DNA of 63,091 nt, the filler included. It is 7 parts of 7 records of this genome, joined end to end, with 100 filler letters (N's around TTAATTAATTAA, not from the genome) between each part and the next. Parts side by side here need not be neighbours in the genome. Positions count along the whole stretch, not along the records: positions 34,109 to 50,074 come from DRR723986_7460; positions 50,175 to 57,571 come from DRR723986_7462; positions 57,672 to 63,091 come from DRR723986_7500; 4 more parts are not named here. The stretch is one strand, 5' to 3'. The translations under genes were made by a program, and so were the position numbers. The notes beneath the pieces are model-generated. The model was not told the DNA's origin, searched no databases, and saw only the letters and a list, made by a program, of their open reading frames with translations. Positions 49,771-60,800 of this stretch are shown here, piece by piece; within the stretch, counting starts at the first letter, position 1; every line of letters starts with the position of its first letter.

Positions 49771-50074
49771 ATGGCGGATAAAGAAAAAAAAGGCTGGTTT
49801 CACCGTTTCAGGAGGAAGGGCAAGGACGAAGCCCCGGAAGTAACGCCTGACGTCAAACCAGAGATGACGCCAGAGGTGTTGCCAGATGCCCTACCAGAAA
49901 CGCTAACAGAAGCCCTGCCCGAGGCCGCCCCAGAGGTTGCACCTGAAGAGGCTACAGCAGAAGCACCTGCGCCTATACCGGATATCGAGCCGGTTATCGA
50001 ACCCACTGTGGAAGTTGTGGTAGAGCCTGCCCCTTCACCTGTTTCAGAACCAGAACCAGAACCAGAACCAGAAC
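49771..50074 (+). CDS. ftsY: SRP receptor FtsY acidic N-terminus (partial)
   Basis: KKGWF start, Glu/Pro-rich linker ending in (CAGAAC)n = PE repeats; follows mtaB; GTPase domain not visible. Confidence 0.65.
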
Positions 50075-50174
50075 NNNNNNNNNNNNNNNNNNNNNNNNNN
50101 NNNNNNNNNNNNNNNNNNTTAATTAATTAANNNNNNNNNNNNNNNNNNNNNNNNNNNNNNNNNNNNNNNNNNNN
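50075..50174. other. Artificial contig linker
   Basis: N-run + TTAATTAATTAA + N-run. Confidence 0.98.
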
Positions 50175-51134
50175 TATATCAAGCCGCATTGGCCCTATAT
50201 CGTGCCCGCGCCCTACCACGATATGTATGATGCCAGCCACATCGTGCCGCCAGTGCGCAACGGGGCCGAATTTGACACCGATCACCCGTTGTTGCGCGCC
50301 TATCTGGATGCGCGGGTGTGCAAAAGCTTTTCGCGTGACGAGGTGCGCGAAACGGTCATTCCCGCCTATATGGGGCTGATCAAGCAGCTTGATGATAACC
50401 TGGGCCGGCTATTTGCCTGGATGCAGGCCCAGGGGCTGGCCGAGAATACGATCATCGCCTTTACCTCGGATCACGGTGATTACATGGGCGATCATTGGAT
50501 GGGTGACAAAGATTTCTACCATGAAATGGCGGTGAAAGTGCCGCTGATCATCGCAGATCCCCGCCCGCAGGCCGATGCCACCCGGGGGCAGGCCAGCGAT
50601 GCGCTGGTCGAGATGATCGATCTGGCCCCCACCTTCATGGCCGCACTCGGGGCAGGGGCCAAGCCCCATATCATCGAAGGCCGCGATCTGACCCCGATTT
50701 TGCATGGGCAAGATGGCTTCAGCCGCCGCTATGTGATTTCAGAACATGATTATCACTGGTCTGAAATGGCCCGCGCCCTGGGCCAGCCCCAGGAAGATGC
50801 CCATACAAAGATGATCTTTGACGGGCGTTGGAAGTATATCCGCTGCGAGGGCTTCCGCCCGGTTATGTTTGACCTGGCCACAGACCCTGACGAATTAACC
50901 GATATCGGTGCATCCGATCTGCCCGAACATCAGCAGGTGCGCGCCCGGATGGAGGCGGCGCTGTTGCAATGGGCCACCCGCCACCACACCCGCATCACCG
51001 CCACACCGGCCGTGTTGGCGCGCCAAAAGATTGCCGCCGAAACGGGCATTTTGATTGGGTTTTGGGACGAGGACGAATACGAGAAAACGGTTGGAAAACC
51101 CTTTTCCGCGCTCGTGCCGCATGGGCGCCCATAG
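50175..51134 (+). CDS. Sulfatase / phosphonate monoester hydrolase family (5' truncated)
   Basis: KPHWPY, FTSDHGDYMGDHW, KVPLII, IDLAPT. Confidence 0.85.
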   Translation, partial: YIKPHWPYIVPAPYHDMYDASHIVPPVRNGAEFDTDHPLLRAYLDARVCKSFSRDEVRETVIPAYMGLIKQLDDNLGRLFAWMQAQGLAENTIIAFTSDHGDYMGDHWMGDKDFYHEMAVKVPLIIADPRPQADATRGQASDALVEMIDLAPTFMAALGAGAKPHIIEGRDLTPILHGQDGFSRRYVISEHDYHWSEMARALGQPQEDAHTKMIFDGRWKYIRCEGFRPVMFDLATDPDELTDIGASDLPEHQQVRARMEAALLQWATRHHTRITATPAVLARQKIAAETGILIGFWDEDEYEKTVGKPFSALVPHGRP

Positions 51135-51247
51135 CCATCAGGGCCACACCCCCGCGCTAATACGGTAATGGGCGATTAGGGTTGGCTTGGGCCGGGCCAA
51201 GCCCTAGTGCTGGTGCTGCCACATGCCCCAAACGCCGCAGGTGCCCT

Positions 51248-52159
51248 ATGTTTGTCCGCCCCACGTCGCAGCTTTCTGGCTATCTTGCCGCCTGCACCAT
51301 CGTTTTGGTGTGGTCTTGCTGGCTGATCGTCAGCCGCGTGGCCAATGATAGCGGGCTGACAATCTATGATCTGGCCGCGATGCGCTATGGCCTGGCCTCG
51401 ATCGTGGCGCTGCCTTTGTGCCTGATTTACAAACCCTGGCAGCAGCTGCGGCTGGTGCAGATCGCGGTGATCTCGTTCATTTTGGGGCCCATCTATATTC
51501 TGGCGGTATTTGCCGGGTTTTTGTTTGCCCCCGCGGCCCATGGGGGCATTTTCATGAATGGGCTGTTGCCCTTTCTCAGCATGCTGTTGATGGCGCTTTT
51601 CGCCCAAAAACGCCCCAGTATGCGGCAATTGGGGGGGGCGGCGCTGATCTTTTGTGCCACGGTGGGGCTGGCCTGGGATGGCAGTGCAATGGGCCATGCG
51701 CAGGCCTGGATTGGCGATGCGCTATTTGCGGTGGGGGCGCTGTTTTTCGCAGTCTACGTGATGTTATCGGGGCGCTGGCAGCTGGGGGCGATGCAGATCA
51801 TTTTTTGCGGCACCATTGTGAACGCGGTGATCTATCTGCCCATCTGGTATCTCTGGCTGCCCAGCGGGCTGGCGGATGCGCCGCTGCAGCCCTTGGTGTT
51901 GCAGGCGGTGTATCAGGGGTTTGTGCCCAATCTGGTGGGGTTGATCTTTATCGCCCATGCCTCGCGCACCATTGGCAATGCCGATACATCGGCCATTTTG
52001 GCGGCGGTTCCGGGGGGTGGGGCGCTGCTGGGGCTACTGATACTGGGCGAGGCGCTAAGCCCCTTTGGCGTGGGGGCTTTGGTGCTGTTAACGGTGGGTT
52101 TGTTGATCAGCGTGCGCCCCGCTAAAGCGCAGGCAGCTGTGCCGCCAGTGGCGCCCTAG
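51248..52159 (+). CDS. DMT/EamA family transporter
   Basis: About 10 TM in two repeats; LILGE near the C-terminus. Confidence 0.85.
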   Translation: MFVRPTSQLSGYLAACTIVLVWSCWLIVSRVANDSGLTIYDLAAMRYGLASIVALPLCLIYKPWQQLRLVQIAVISFILGPIYILAVFAGFLFAPAAHGGIFMNGLLPFLSMLLMALFAQKRPSMRQLGGAALIFCATVGLAWDGSAMGHAQAWIGDALFAVGALFFAVYVMLSGRWQLGAMQIIFCGTIVNAVIYLPIWYLWLPSGLADAPLQPLVLQAVYQGFVPNLVGLIFIAHASRTIGNADTSAILAAVPGGGALLGLLILGEALSPFGVGALVLLTVGLLISVRPAKAQAAVPPVAP

Positions 52160-53079
52160 GCCTCTTCTATCCGGTCGGTGGCGGGCGGTGGGGCAGGGAA
52201 AATCGCCTGTAGCCGCGCATATGTGTCTGCATCGAGATCGTAATTGATGGCCGCCAAAGATGGCGCAAGCTGCGCCGCGTTGCGCGCCGATAAAATCGGC
52301 AGGGGGGCGGCGGGGTGTTGCAACACCCAAGCCACGGCCAATGTTGCCGGGTGCAGCCCCAGATCGGCTGCCAGTGCCGCTAGATCTGCCGCAGCCCTGT
52401 GCATTTCGGGCAGGCCATAGCGTGCGGCATAGCGGTGATCGGTGGCCAGGCGGCCATCGGAGGCGGCCTGTTGTGCGCTGTATTTTCCGGTTAGCAACCC
52501 CCCGCCCAAGGGCGAATAGGTGCAGGGCACCAGCCCCTCGGCCTGTGCCATTGGCAAGATTTCCACCTCGGCCTGGCGTTTGACCAGGTTATACATCGGC
52601 TGGATATAGCTGATCGATGTGCCCAGGCGCGCCGCCACGGCCTGCGCCTTCATCACTTGCCATGCTGCAAAATTCGATACACCAATATGGGTGATAAGCC
52701 CGTCGGCTTGCAATTTTGCAAGGGTTTCAAATGTCTCTTCCAGCGGTGTGGCATCATCGAAACGGTGCAGATACAGCAGATCGACATGATCTAGCTGCAG
52801 GCGCTGGCGGCTTTCATCGAATGTGGACAGGATGTTGTGCCGCGACGCGCCGCCCAGGTAGCCTGCCTTTGTGGCGATGAAAACCGCATCGCGTTCGGGG
52901 CGCACCAGATCGCCCAGCAGCCGCTCGGAGGCGCCATTGGTATAGGCGTGGGCGGTGTCGAAATGGGTGATGCCCGCAGCCCGGCAGGCGGCGTATAATT
53001 CTGCCGCATCCGCGGCGCTGGCCGTGCCGCCAAACTGCATGGCGCCAAAGGCAAATCGGTGGGGTCCAATAGCTGTCAT
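52156..53079 (-). CDS. Aldo/keto reductase
   Basis: FDTAHAY, IATK, DLLYLH, IGVSN, YSPLGGGLLTGKY. Confidence 0.9.
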   Translation of the reverse strand: MTAIGPHRFAFGAMQFGGTASAADAAELYAACRAAGITHFDTAHAYTNGASERLLGDLVRPERDAVFIATKAGYLGGASRHNILSTFDESRQRLQLDHVDLLYLHRFDDATPLEETFETLAKLQADGLITHIGVSNFAAWQVMKAQAVAARLGTSISYIQPMYNLVKRQAEVEILPMAQAEGLVPCTYSPLGGGLLTGKYSAQQAASDGRLATDHRYAARYGLPEMHRAAADLAALAADLGLHPATLAVAWVLQHPAAPLPILSARNAAQLAPSLAAINYDLDADTYARLQAIFPAPPPATDRIEEA

Positions 53080-53442
53080 GGGCAAAAGGTGCCATGCGCG
53101 CACCAAGAAGAAAAGCCCGTTTTTCATTGCTGCGGCCTGTGCGGGAAACCCTACCAAACCATATTGATGTGATAGATTAGCTTTGGCGCGCAAATCACTG
53201 ATAATAAAAGATTATATTTGCCCCCTGCGCCATGGAAGGGAAAGTGCTGAAGACGCGGCGCAGGGGGCGCTGCCAACGGGGAGGTCGGGCTGGTGGCCCG
53301 AGTTGACAAAGCACATTTAAGCATCCTTGCGCGAATACAAGTGCGACAAAACGGCAAGGCTGCAGGCCGCTTGCAAATGCGCCGCGAACGGGCCAGTCTG
53401 ATGTGCAGGGCGCGTGCGCCACAACCGGCAAGGAGACAGACC

Positions 53443-53874
53443 ATGACCCATAACGGACGGTGTTATTGTGGCGCTATTCACTACCAGATCACGGGGCCGC
53501 TGCAGGCGCAGTTTCAATGCCATTGCCGCGAATGCAGCTATATCACCGGCGGTGGGGCCAATTTGGTGGCGGTGGTGAATGACACGGATTTCGCCTTTAC
53601 CAAGGGCACGCCCAAGGTTTTTGCCCGCCCGGATTTAGAAACGCCGGTGCAGCGGTATTTCTGCGGGGCCTGTGGCACGGCGTTCGGCTCGGTCAGCCCA
53701 TCGCGGCCCGGGGCCTTTATTGTGAAGGTGGGCACGCTGGATGACCCGTCGGTGTTCGCGCCGCAAGCGGCGATTTTCACCTGCGACAGGCAAAGCTATC
53801 AGGCCATTCCCGAAGGCCTGCCAAGCTTTGACAAGCGCCCACCAAAGCCCGCGCCAAGCAGCCAGCAACAATAG
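53443..53874 (+). CDS. GFA/CENP-V family Zn protein
   Basis: GRCYCG, CHCREC, FCGACG, GTLDD; RBS AGGAG. Confidence 0.9.
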   Translation: MTHNGRCYCGAIHYQITGPLQAQFQCHCRECSYITGGGANLVAVVNDTDFAFTKGTPKVFARPDLETPVQRYFCGACGTAFGSVSPSRPGAFIVKVGTLDDPSVFAPQAAIFTCDRQSYQAIPEGLPSFDKRPPKPAPSSQQQ

Positions 53875-53885
53875 CGAGACAGGGT

Positions 53886-53969
53886 ATGAAACAGCCGAAT
53901 CTAAGCACACCCACGCTGTTGCTATGGGGCGCCATCGCGGGGGCGATCTTGTTTTTTATCGCGGCGTGA
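53886..53969 (+). CDS. Putative 27-aa single-TM small protein
   Basis: MKQPNLSTPTLLLWGAIAGAILFFIAA*, between the GFA stop and a terminator. Confidence 0.4.
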   Translation: MKQPNLSTPTLLLWGAIAGAILFFIAA

Positions 53970-53976
53970 TCGCATT

Positions 53977-54005
53977 AAAAAACCCCGTTCTTTGGCGGGG
54001 TTTTT
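53977..54005. terminator. Bidirectional intrinsic terminator
   Basis: AAAAAACCCCG...CGGGGTTTTT. Confidence 0.75.
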
Positions 54006-54029
54006 CATATTTCAACCCTGGCTTGGGCC

Positions 54030-54701
54030 CTAGGGGCGCGTGAATTCGGCGGTGATCTGCATGCCGTCTATCATGAATGTGATGGTTGAATGCGAATACA
54101 CCTCGCGGGTGGATGTGGTGGTTTTATAGGCCGTGCTGCACACCTGCTTGCTGTCATAGCCCACAATTTCGGTGGTGGTGTTGCGTTTTTTCTGGCTTTC
54201 ATTGGCCAGCGCGCCGCCCAAAATGGCCCCCAATGCGGTGCCGCCTTTGTTATCTGTCACCACTTTGCCCACAACGCCGCCGATCAGCGCACCGCCCACA
54301 ACCGCGCCCATATCGTCTTTGCCCTGCACGGTTTGATAGATTGGCGTTTGCTGCGTTTCGCAGCGTTGATAGGGGGTTTGATCGGAAACCACCTCGTTGC
54401 GGTAATAATGCTGCACGGTGCCGCCGTTCACCATCTCTGTGGCGCCGCGCGGGTAGCTATACGAGCTGCAGCGCAACATATAGGCGTCATAGGCAGCCTG
54501 GCTTTGGCGCCCCCAAACCCCATCGGCGGTGATGCCCAGCAATTGCTGCAACCAGCGGGTAGATTGCCCCGAGGCCGTGCCGGTTTGAACGGCGTTATAT
54601 GTTGTGCTGGCCTGTTGCAGCTGGTCGCAGCTGTCGGCCATGGCCGTGCTGCCAAGGGCCAAAAGGGCAGTGGTGGCGATCCATCGGGGCATGCTGGGCA
54701 T
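54030..54701 (-). CDS. Secreted glycine-zipper protein with PG-binding-like helix pair
   Basis: Signal peptide; LQQLLGITADGVWG; GAVVGGALIGGVVG...GAILGGAL. Confidence 0.72.
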   Translation of the reverse strand: MPSMPRWIATTALLALGSTAMADSCDQLQQASTTYNAVQTGTASGQSTRWLQQLLGITADGVWGRQSQAAYDAYMLRCSSYSYPRGATEMVNGGTVQHYYRNEVVSDQTPYQRCETQQTPIYQTVQGKDDMGAVVGGALIGGVVGKVVTDNKGGTALGAILGGALANESQKKRNTTTEIVGYDSKQVCSTAYKTTTSTREVYSHSTITFMIDGMQITAEFTRP

Positions 54702-54975
54702 GTCTGTTTCCTTGCCTTGTCTCAACGTGATCAAAAATATTTGCGCCCCACAGCGTAACAGCACGCCGGCGGCTTGCACTTGTGATACATAATTTGGGCG
54801 AATATGCGCAGTTGCAAAAGCCAAACTTGCACAAATCAGCGATTACCTGCCGATGCAGGGTGCCCAAGGGCCGGGGCGCTTGGGGCGGGGCAGGTGGTAG
54901 ACCTGCCCGTGGCAATCGGGTAACAGGCGCGGCAACCAGCCCCGGCTATCTGCCATAACTGCAAGGACATTGCGC

Positions 54976-55935
54976 ATGACCGCCAAAGAAAAAATCGCCG
55001 CACTCAAAGCCCGCCTGCGCCTGCCCGTGATCGCGGCGCCGATGTTTTTGGTATCGGGCCCCGAGATCGTGGTGGCTGCGGCCAAGGCCGGCATCATGGG
55101 GGCGTTTCCTGGCCCAAACGGGCGCACGATCGAGGATTTGCAGCAGTGGTTTTTGCAGGTGCAGGGCGCGCTGGCGCCTGCGGGGCTGCCCTTTGCCTTT
55201 AATATGATCACCCACAATAGCTATGGCCGGTTCGATGCAGAATTGGCCTTGGTGGCGCAATATCAACCCGAAATCGTGGTCACAGCCCTGGGCGGGCCGC
55301 ACCGTGTGGCCGATGTGGTGCATGGCTACGGCGGGCTGGTCTTTGCCGATGTGAACAGCCCCTCTTACGCGCGCAAGGCGGTGGAAAAGGGCGCCGATGG
55401 TTTGGTGCTGATCTGCGCGGGCGCGGGCGGGCACACGGGCCAATATGCCATGGCCCCCTTTATCGACGAGGTGCGCCAATTCTTTGATGGCCCCATCGCG
55501 GTGGGGGGCGGCATTTCCACCGGCGCGGGCATTTTGGCGGTGGAAACCATGGGCGCAGATCTGGCCTATATGGGCACAAGGTTTCTGACCGCCACAGAAA
55601 CGCTGATCGGTGATGCCTATCGGCAGATGGTGATTGCCAGCGGCATGGAGGATCTGGTGGCCTCAAAGGCCATTACCGGCGCCATGGGCAACTGGATGAA
55701 GGCATCGGTTGCGGCGGCGGGTATGGATCTGGACGATATGAAAGCCGAGGCCAAGCTGGATTTTTCCGGCGATATGCATGCCGGCACCAAAGCGTGGAAA
55801 ACGGTTTGGAGCGCGGGCCAAGGCTGTGGGCAAAACCAACAGGTGCAGCCCCTGGCCGAGATTGTCGATGCGCTTGACAGCCAATACAACCAGGCCGCTC
55901 AGCGCCTGGCACAGCGTTTTGACGCAACGCGATAG
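54976..55935 (+). CDS. Nitronate monooxygenase family flavoprotein
   Basis: APMFLVSGP, GAGGHTG, GGGI, AYMGTRF, WSAGQG. Confidence 0.9.
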   Translation: MTAKEKIAALKARLRLPVIAAPMFLVSGPEIVVAAAKAGIMGAFPGPNGRTIEDLQQWFLQVQGALAPAGLPFAFNMITHNSYGRFDAELALVAQYQPEIVVTALGGPHRVADVVHGYGGLVFADVNSPSYARKAVEKGADGLVLICAGAGGHTGQYAMAPFIDEVRQFFDGPIAVGGGISTGAGILAVETMGADLAYMGTRFLTATETLIGDAYRQMVIASGMEDLVASKAITGAMGNWMKASVAAAGMDLDDMKAEAKLDFSGDMHAGTKAWKTVWSAGQGCGQNQQVQPLAEIVDALDSQYNQAAQRLAQRFDATR

Positions 55936-56010
55936 GCGCCGGGGCTTGCCTGCAACGCAGGGTTTTGGCTATCTCGGGGCGGTAATTGGCAGATTGTAGG
56001 GGTGGGGGCG

Positions 56011-57177
56011 ATGCGCATCACGGCTGAAGAACAAAAGATTATCCAAGAGATCTTGGATATGGCCGAACGGAAAACCACCCATATGCTGCCCGAGGTGATG
56101 GAAAACCCCGTCACCCGCTACACCGACCCCGCGCAGGCTGCGCGCGAGATCGATGTGCTGTTTCGCCAATTTCCAATCGTCATGGGCCATGCCAGCGATG
56201 TGGCGCAGCCGGGCGATTTTTTCACCCATGATGCCACCGGCGTGCCGGTTTTGGTGACACGCGATAACGATGGCACCTTGCGCGCGTTTTTGAACGTGTG
56301 CCGCCACCGCGGGGCGCGGGTTGAGGGCAAGGAATGTGGGCATGCGCGCACCTTTAGCTGCCCCTATCATTCCTGGACCTATGGCCTGGATGGCAAGCTG
56401 CGCGGCATTCCCCAGCCCGCGGGTTTCGAAGGGGTAGATCGCAGCCAGCTGGGCTTGGTTGAATTGCCCGCATGGGAACGGTTTGGCCTGATTTGGGTGA
56501 TGCCATCGGTGCCGCAGGCGCCGGTAGATATCGATGCCTGGCTGGCCCCCATGGCCGAGCAGCTGCAGGGCCTCGATCTGGGCGGGCACCATGTGTTTCG
56601 CAAATGGGAATTGCGCAAAAACATGAGCTGGCGCTTGCTGCTAGAGGGGTTTCAGGAAAGCTATCATTTCTGCCACGCGCATCGCGAAACGGCGTGCTCG
56701 GCCTATCTGGATAACCAAAGCGTGCATTTGAATTTCAACCCGCATGTGCGCCATGCCGTGCCCTTGCCCAAAATCGAAGAGCTGCGCGGCACGGCCCCCG
56801 AAACCTGGGATTATCGCCCCTATTTCCTGACCCAGAATTACCTGTTTCCCGCCAATTTCGTGCAGGTGCAAACCGATCATGTCTATATCCACACGGTGAT
56901 TCCCACCGGCGTGGATAGCTGTATCTTCCAATGCATGATGTTGACGCCCCAAGAGCCGGTATCTGAAAAGGCCCTGCGCTACTACACCAAGAATTTCGAT
57001 CTGATCCGCATCGTCTTTAACGAAGATTTCGAAATCGGCGAGGGCATTCAAAAAGGTCTGAACACCGGGGCCAACGCGCATTTCCTGTTTGGAAAATATG
57101 AATGCGGCCTGCAATTTGGCCAACGTGCCATCGATGCGGCCCTTGATGGCCAATTGAAAATGCCTAGTCTGGGCTGA
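56011..57177 (+). CDS. Rieske non-heme iron oxygenase alpha subunit
   Basis: CRHRG...CPYH Rieske motif; ESYHFCHAH and NED mononuclear-Fe ligands. Confidence 0.9.
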   Translation: MRITAEEQKIIQEILDMAERKTTHMLPEVMENPVTRYTDPAQAAREIDVLFRQFPIVMGHASDVAQPGDFFTHDATGVPVLVTRDNDGTLRAFLNVCRHRGARVEGKECGHARTFSCPYHSWTYGLDGKLRGIPQPAGFEGVDRSQLGLVELPAWERFGLIWVMPSVPQAPVDIDAWLAPMAEQLQGLDLGGHHVFRKWELRKNMSWRLLLEGFQESYHFCHAHRETACSAYLDNQSVHLNFNPHVRHAVPLPKIEELRGTAPETWDYRPYFLTQNYLFPANFVQVQTDHVYIHTVIPTGVDSCIFQCMMLTPQEPVSEKALRYYTKNFDLIRIVFNEDFEIGEGIQKGLNTGANAHFLFGKYECGLQFGQRAIDAALDGQLKMPSLG

Positions 57178-57271
57178 ATCTGGGCGCTCACCTGCTGTTG
57201 TGGCGGGGCTTTGGCGAATTTGTGCCTGTGTTGCAGGGCAGATGGCAGGGGCGGGCATATTTTTGCTGGCA

Positions 57272-57287
57272 ATATGATGCATCATAT
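57272..57287. promoter_or_regulatory. Perfect 16-bp palindrome, putative operator of the TRAP gene
   Basis: ATATGATGCATCATAT about 50 bp upstream of the dctP-like start. Confidence 0.5.
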
Positions 57288-57336
57288 GCATAGAGTTAAG
57301 CATTATAGTGCCAAAATGGCATAACGGGAGGTAAGT

Positions 57337-57571
57337 ATGACAAAACGTAGAACGGTGTTGGGTGTTCTGGGCGGCGCAGCTTTCGCGGCGCTGGCCACAG
57401 CCTTTAGTGCGGTGCCAGCAATGGCGCAGGAAGTGACGCTGAAGATGCATCAATTCCTGCCAGCGCAGGCCAATGTGCCGCGTCTGGTGCTGGATGTGTG
57501 GGCCGACAAGGTCGAGGCTGATTCCAATGGCCGCATCAAGGTCGAGCGCTACCCCTCGATGCAGCTGGGCG
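57337..57571 (+). CDS. dctP: TRAP substrate-binding protein (partial)
   Basis: Signal peptide with KRR; WADKVEADSNGRIKVERYPSMQLG; RBS GGAGG. Confidence 0.85.
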
Positions 57572-57671
57572 NNNNNNNNNNNNNNNNNNNNNNNNNNNNN
57601 NNNNNNNNNNNNNNNTTAATTAATTAANNNNNNNNNNNNNNNNNNNNNNNNNNNNNNNNNNNNNNNNNNNN
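57572..57671. other. Artificial contig linker
   Basis: N-run + TTAATTAATTAA + N-run. Confidence 0.98.
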
Positions 57672-57865
57672 GTTCCGCCATCCATGGCTCCACAAATTTT
57701 CGGAAAGCCTCTCGGAACTTGCTCTTCATACGCCTTAGATAGACGAGAGTATCAGACAAAAAACCGCCGCCGGTAGTCAGCGACGACGGTTATCTCTTTA
57801 TAACGACGATAGCCTGCTCCGATTCAGCTCACTCGCAAGTGGCAAGCAGGGCGCAAAAACTGCGA

Positions 57866-60800
57866 TCAGGCGGCTTTGCGTTTGCGCCGCCAGTCTGCCA
57901 GGTCTTCGATCAGCTTGTAGAACAAGGGCACGAAGAACAGGGCCAGGGTACTGGCCACCAGCATGCCGCCAACCACCACGGTACCGATTTCCTGCCGGCT
58001 CACAGCACCCGCGCCGGTACTGAATGCCAGCGGCAAAGAACCCACGATGAACGTCAGCGCGGTCATCATGATCGCCCGGAAGCGCTGGCGGGCTGCAGTG
58101 CTGGCCGCCTCGAACGAGCTCATGCCCGTTTGCCGGTTCTGGGCGGCGAACTCAACGATCAGAATCGCGTTTTTGGCCGCCAGACCAATCAGCACCAGCA
58201 ACCCTACCTGGAAGTAGATGTCATTGGGGAAGCCACGCAACAGCGAGGCCAGTGCCGCCCCGAATACCCCGAAGGGCACCGCGGTAGCCACTGCCACCGG
58301 CAGACCCCAGCGCTCGTATTGGGCGGCGAGGATCAGAAACACCAGCAGCAGCCCCATGCCAAAGGCGAGGGTGCCGGAGTCCGCAGAGTCCTGCAGCTGA
58401 TAGGCTTCACCGGTCCAACCCAGCAACGTGTTTCGGTCAAACTGCTGATTGGCAACTTCCTGCAGCGCAGTCAGGGCTTCGCCCGTGGTGTGGCCCGGCG
58501 TCGGGTCCGCAAGCAGTTTGGCCGCGGGGTAGACGTTAAAGCGGTTCAGGATGTCCGGTCCGCTCACCCGCTCCAGCTCCACGAGTGAGCTCAGGGGAAT
58601 CATCTCTCCGTAGGAGGAACGCACAAACACCTTGCGCAGGTCATCCGGGTGGCTTCGGAATTCGCCTTCAGACTGCAGTGTCACCTGCCAGTTTCGCCCC
58701 TGCAGGGTAAAGTCGTTTACATACAGGCCGCCAAACGTGCTCTGCATGGTGGTGAAAATCTGATCCACCGGCACACCTGCCGCCTGGGCCTTTTCCCGGT
58801 CAACAATCGCCTGATAGCGGGGAATACCGGTATCCAGGGTCACCCGGACGTTGGTCAGTTCCGGGCGCTGGTTGGCAGCCTGAGTGAACCGGTCCGCCAT
58901 CGCCTTGATCTCGGCTGGTGTGCGGCCACCACGGGCCTGGATGTAACCTTCCACACCGCCGGTGGTCGACAGCCCCTGGATCGGTGGCGGGGTAAAGGCA
59001 ATGACAAAGGCTTCGGGCATACCAAACCCGATACCCATAATCTTGTTGGCAATGTCGGCCGCGCCCTGGCCTTCGCCTTCTCGCTCAGCCCAGTCCTCCA
59101 GCGTTACGAACGCGACACCGCTGTTGGTGCGCAAGGCACTGGAAATAATGTCAAAACCGGCAAAGGCGACCACGTCTTTCACCTCAGGCAGCTGCAGCAT
59201 GTTCTGCGCCAGCTCGTCCCGGGTGCCTTCGGTGCGGCTGAGGGAAGAGGTGGCCGGTAATGAATAAGCCGTCAACACAAAGCCCTGGTCCTCCTGGGGG
59301 ACCAGCCCGGACGGCATCTTGTTGAGCAGGAAAACGGTGCCACCGATCATGGCTGCGAACAGCAGTACGCCGATCACGGCGTGGCGCAGTAGCCAGTCCA
59401 CAACCGCCGAAAAACCGTTGGTGACCTTGTCGAAACCGGCATCGAACCAGCGGAATACGGTGAGCTGTTTGCCTTCATGGCCGAGCAACAGGGCGCACAT
59501 GGCAGGCGTCAGCGTCAGGGCGACGACACCGGAGATCACCACAGATACCGCAATGGTGATAGCAAACTGCCGATAGAGTTCACCACTGAGCCCACCTAGG
59601 AACGCAACCGGTGCAAACACCGCCACCAGCACCAGCGTGGACGCCACCACGGCCCCGGATACCTGGCTAACCGTCGTCACGGCGGCATTGTAAGGCGACA
59701 TGCCCTCTTCCTTGATCAGCCGTTCTGCGTTTTCCATGATGATAATGGCGTTATCCACCACTACACCGATGGCCAGTATCAAGCCAAACAGGGTCAGCAG
59801 GTTGACCGAGAACCCCATGGCCTGCATGCCGGCAAAGGTGCCCACCAGGGACACCGGAATGGCGATCAACGGAATCAGCGTGGCGTTGAAATGCTGCAGG
59901 AACAGGAAGGTCACCACAACCACCAGCAGCACCGCCACGATGAAGGTGGAGATCACCTCCTGAATGGAGATATCAATGAAGCGGGTGGTGTCGTAGGGTA
60001 CATTGTATTCGAGGCCTTCCGGGAAACGGTCGGCAATTTCCTTCATGGCTTCGTTCACCCCTTCCGCAGCATCCAGCGCATTGGCGCCCGGCTGCAGATA
60101 CACACCCATCGGCACCGTGGCTCCGCCGTTATAGATGGCGGCGAAATCATAGTTCTGTGCGCCCAGCTCTATCCGTGCCACATCTTTCAGGCGCAACGAC
60201 GCGCCCTGATCATCACTGCGAAGAATCACTTCGCCAAATTCTTCCGGGCTGGTGAGCCGGCCCGGAGCGGACACGCTGAAGGTGAACGCCTGGCCTTCCG
60301 GCGCCGGCTCTGCCCCGATCCGGCCAGCGGCAAACTGGGCATTCTGGGCCCGCAACGCTCCGGCCACATCCGCCGGCGTCAGCTCGAACTGGGCCAGTTT
60401 GTCCGGGCGCAGCCAGATACGCATGGAGTAATCCTGGGCGCCAAACAGCGAGGCGTCCCCGATGCCGGGCAGGCGCACCAGCTCATCCAGCACGTTCAGC
60501 AGCGCGTAGTTGGAAATCTCCACCACATCCATGGAGTTGTCCGGTGATGACAGGGTAATCACCTGCAGGATTGAGGTGGAACGGGATTCCACCTTCAGAC
60601 CCTGGTCCCGGACGGTCTGAGGCAACCGGGCCAAAGCCTGCTGCACACGGTTGTTGACGTTGATCGTAGCCTGGTCCGGATCGGTGCCGATTTCAAACGA
60701 CACCGTCACTCGAAAACTGCCGGAGTCAGTGGCACTGGATTCCATGTAGATCATGTCGTCCACGCCGTTGATTTCCTGCTCAAGCGGCGCCACCACCGAA

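Noticed and set aside
50045-50074. (CAGAAC)n microsatellite
   Set aside because: In-frame Pro-Glu repeat in the FtsY-type linker; ordinary, and explains the contig break
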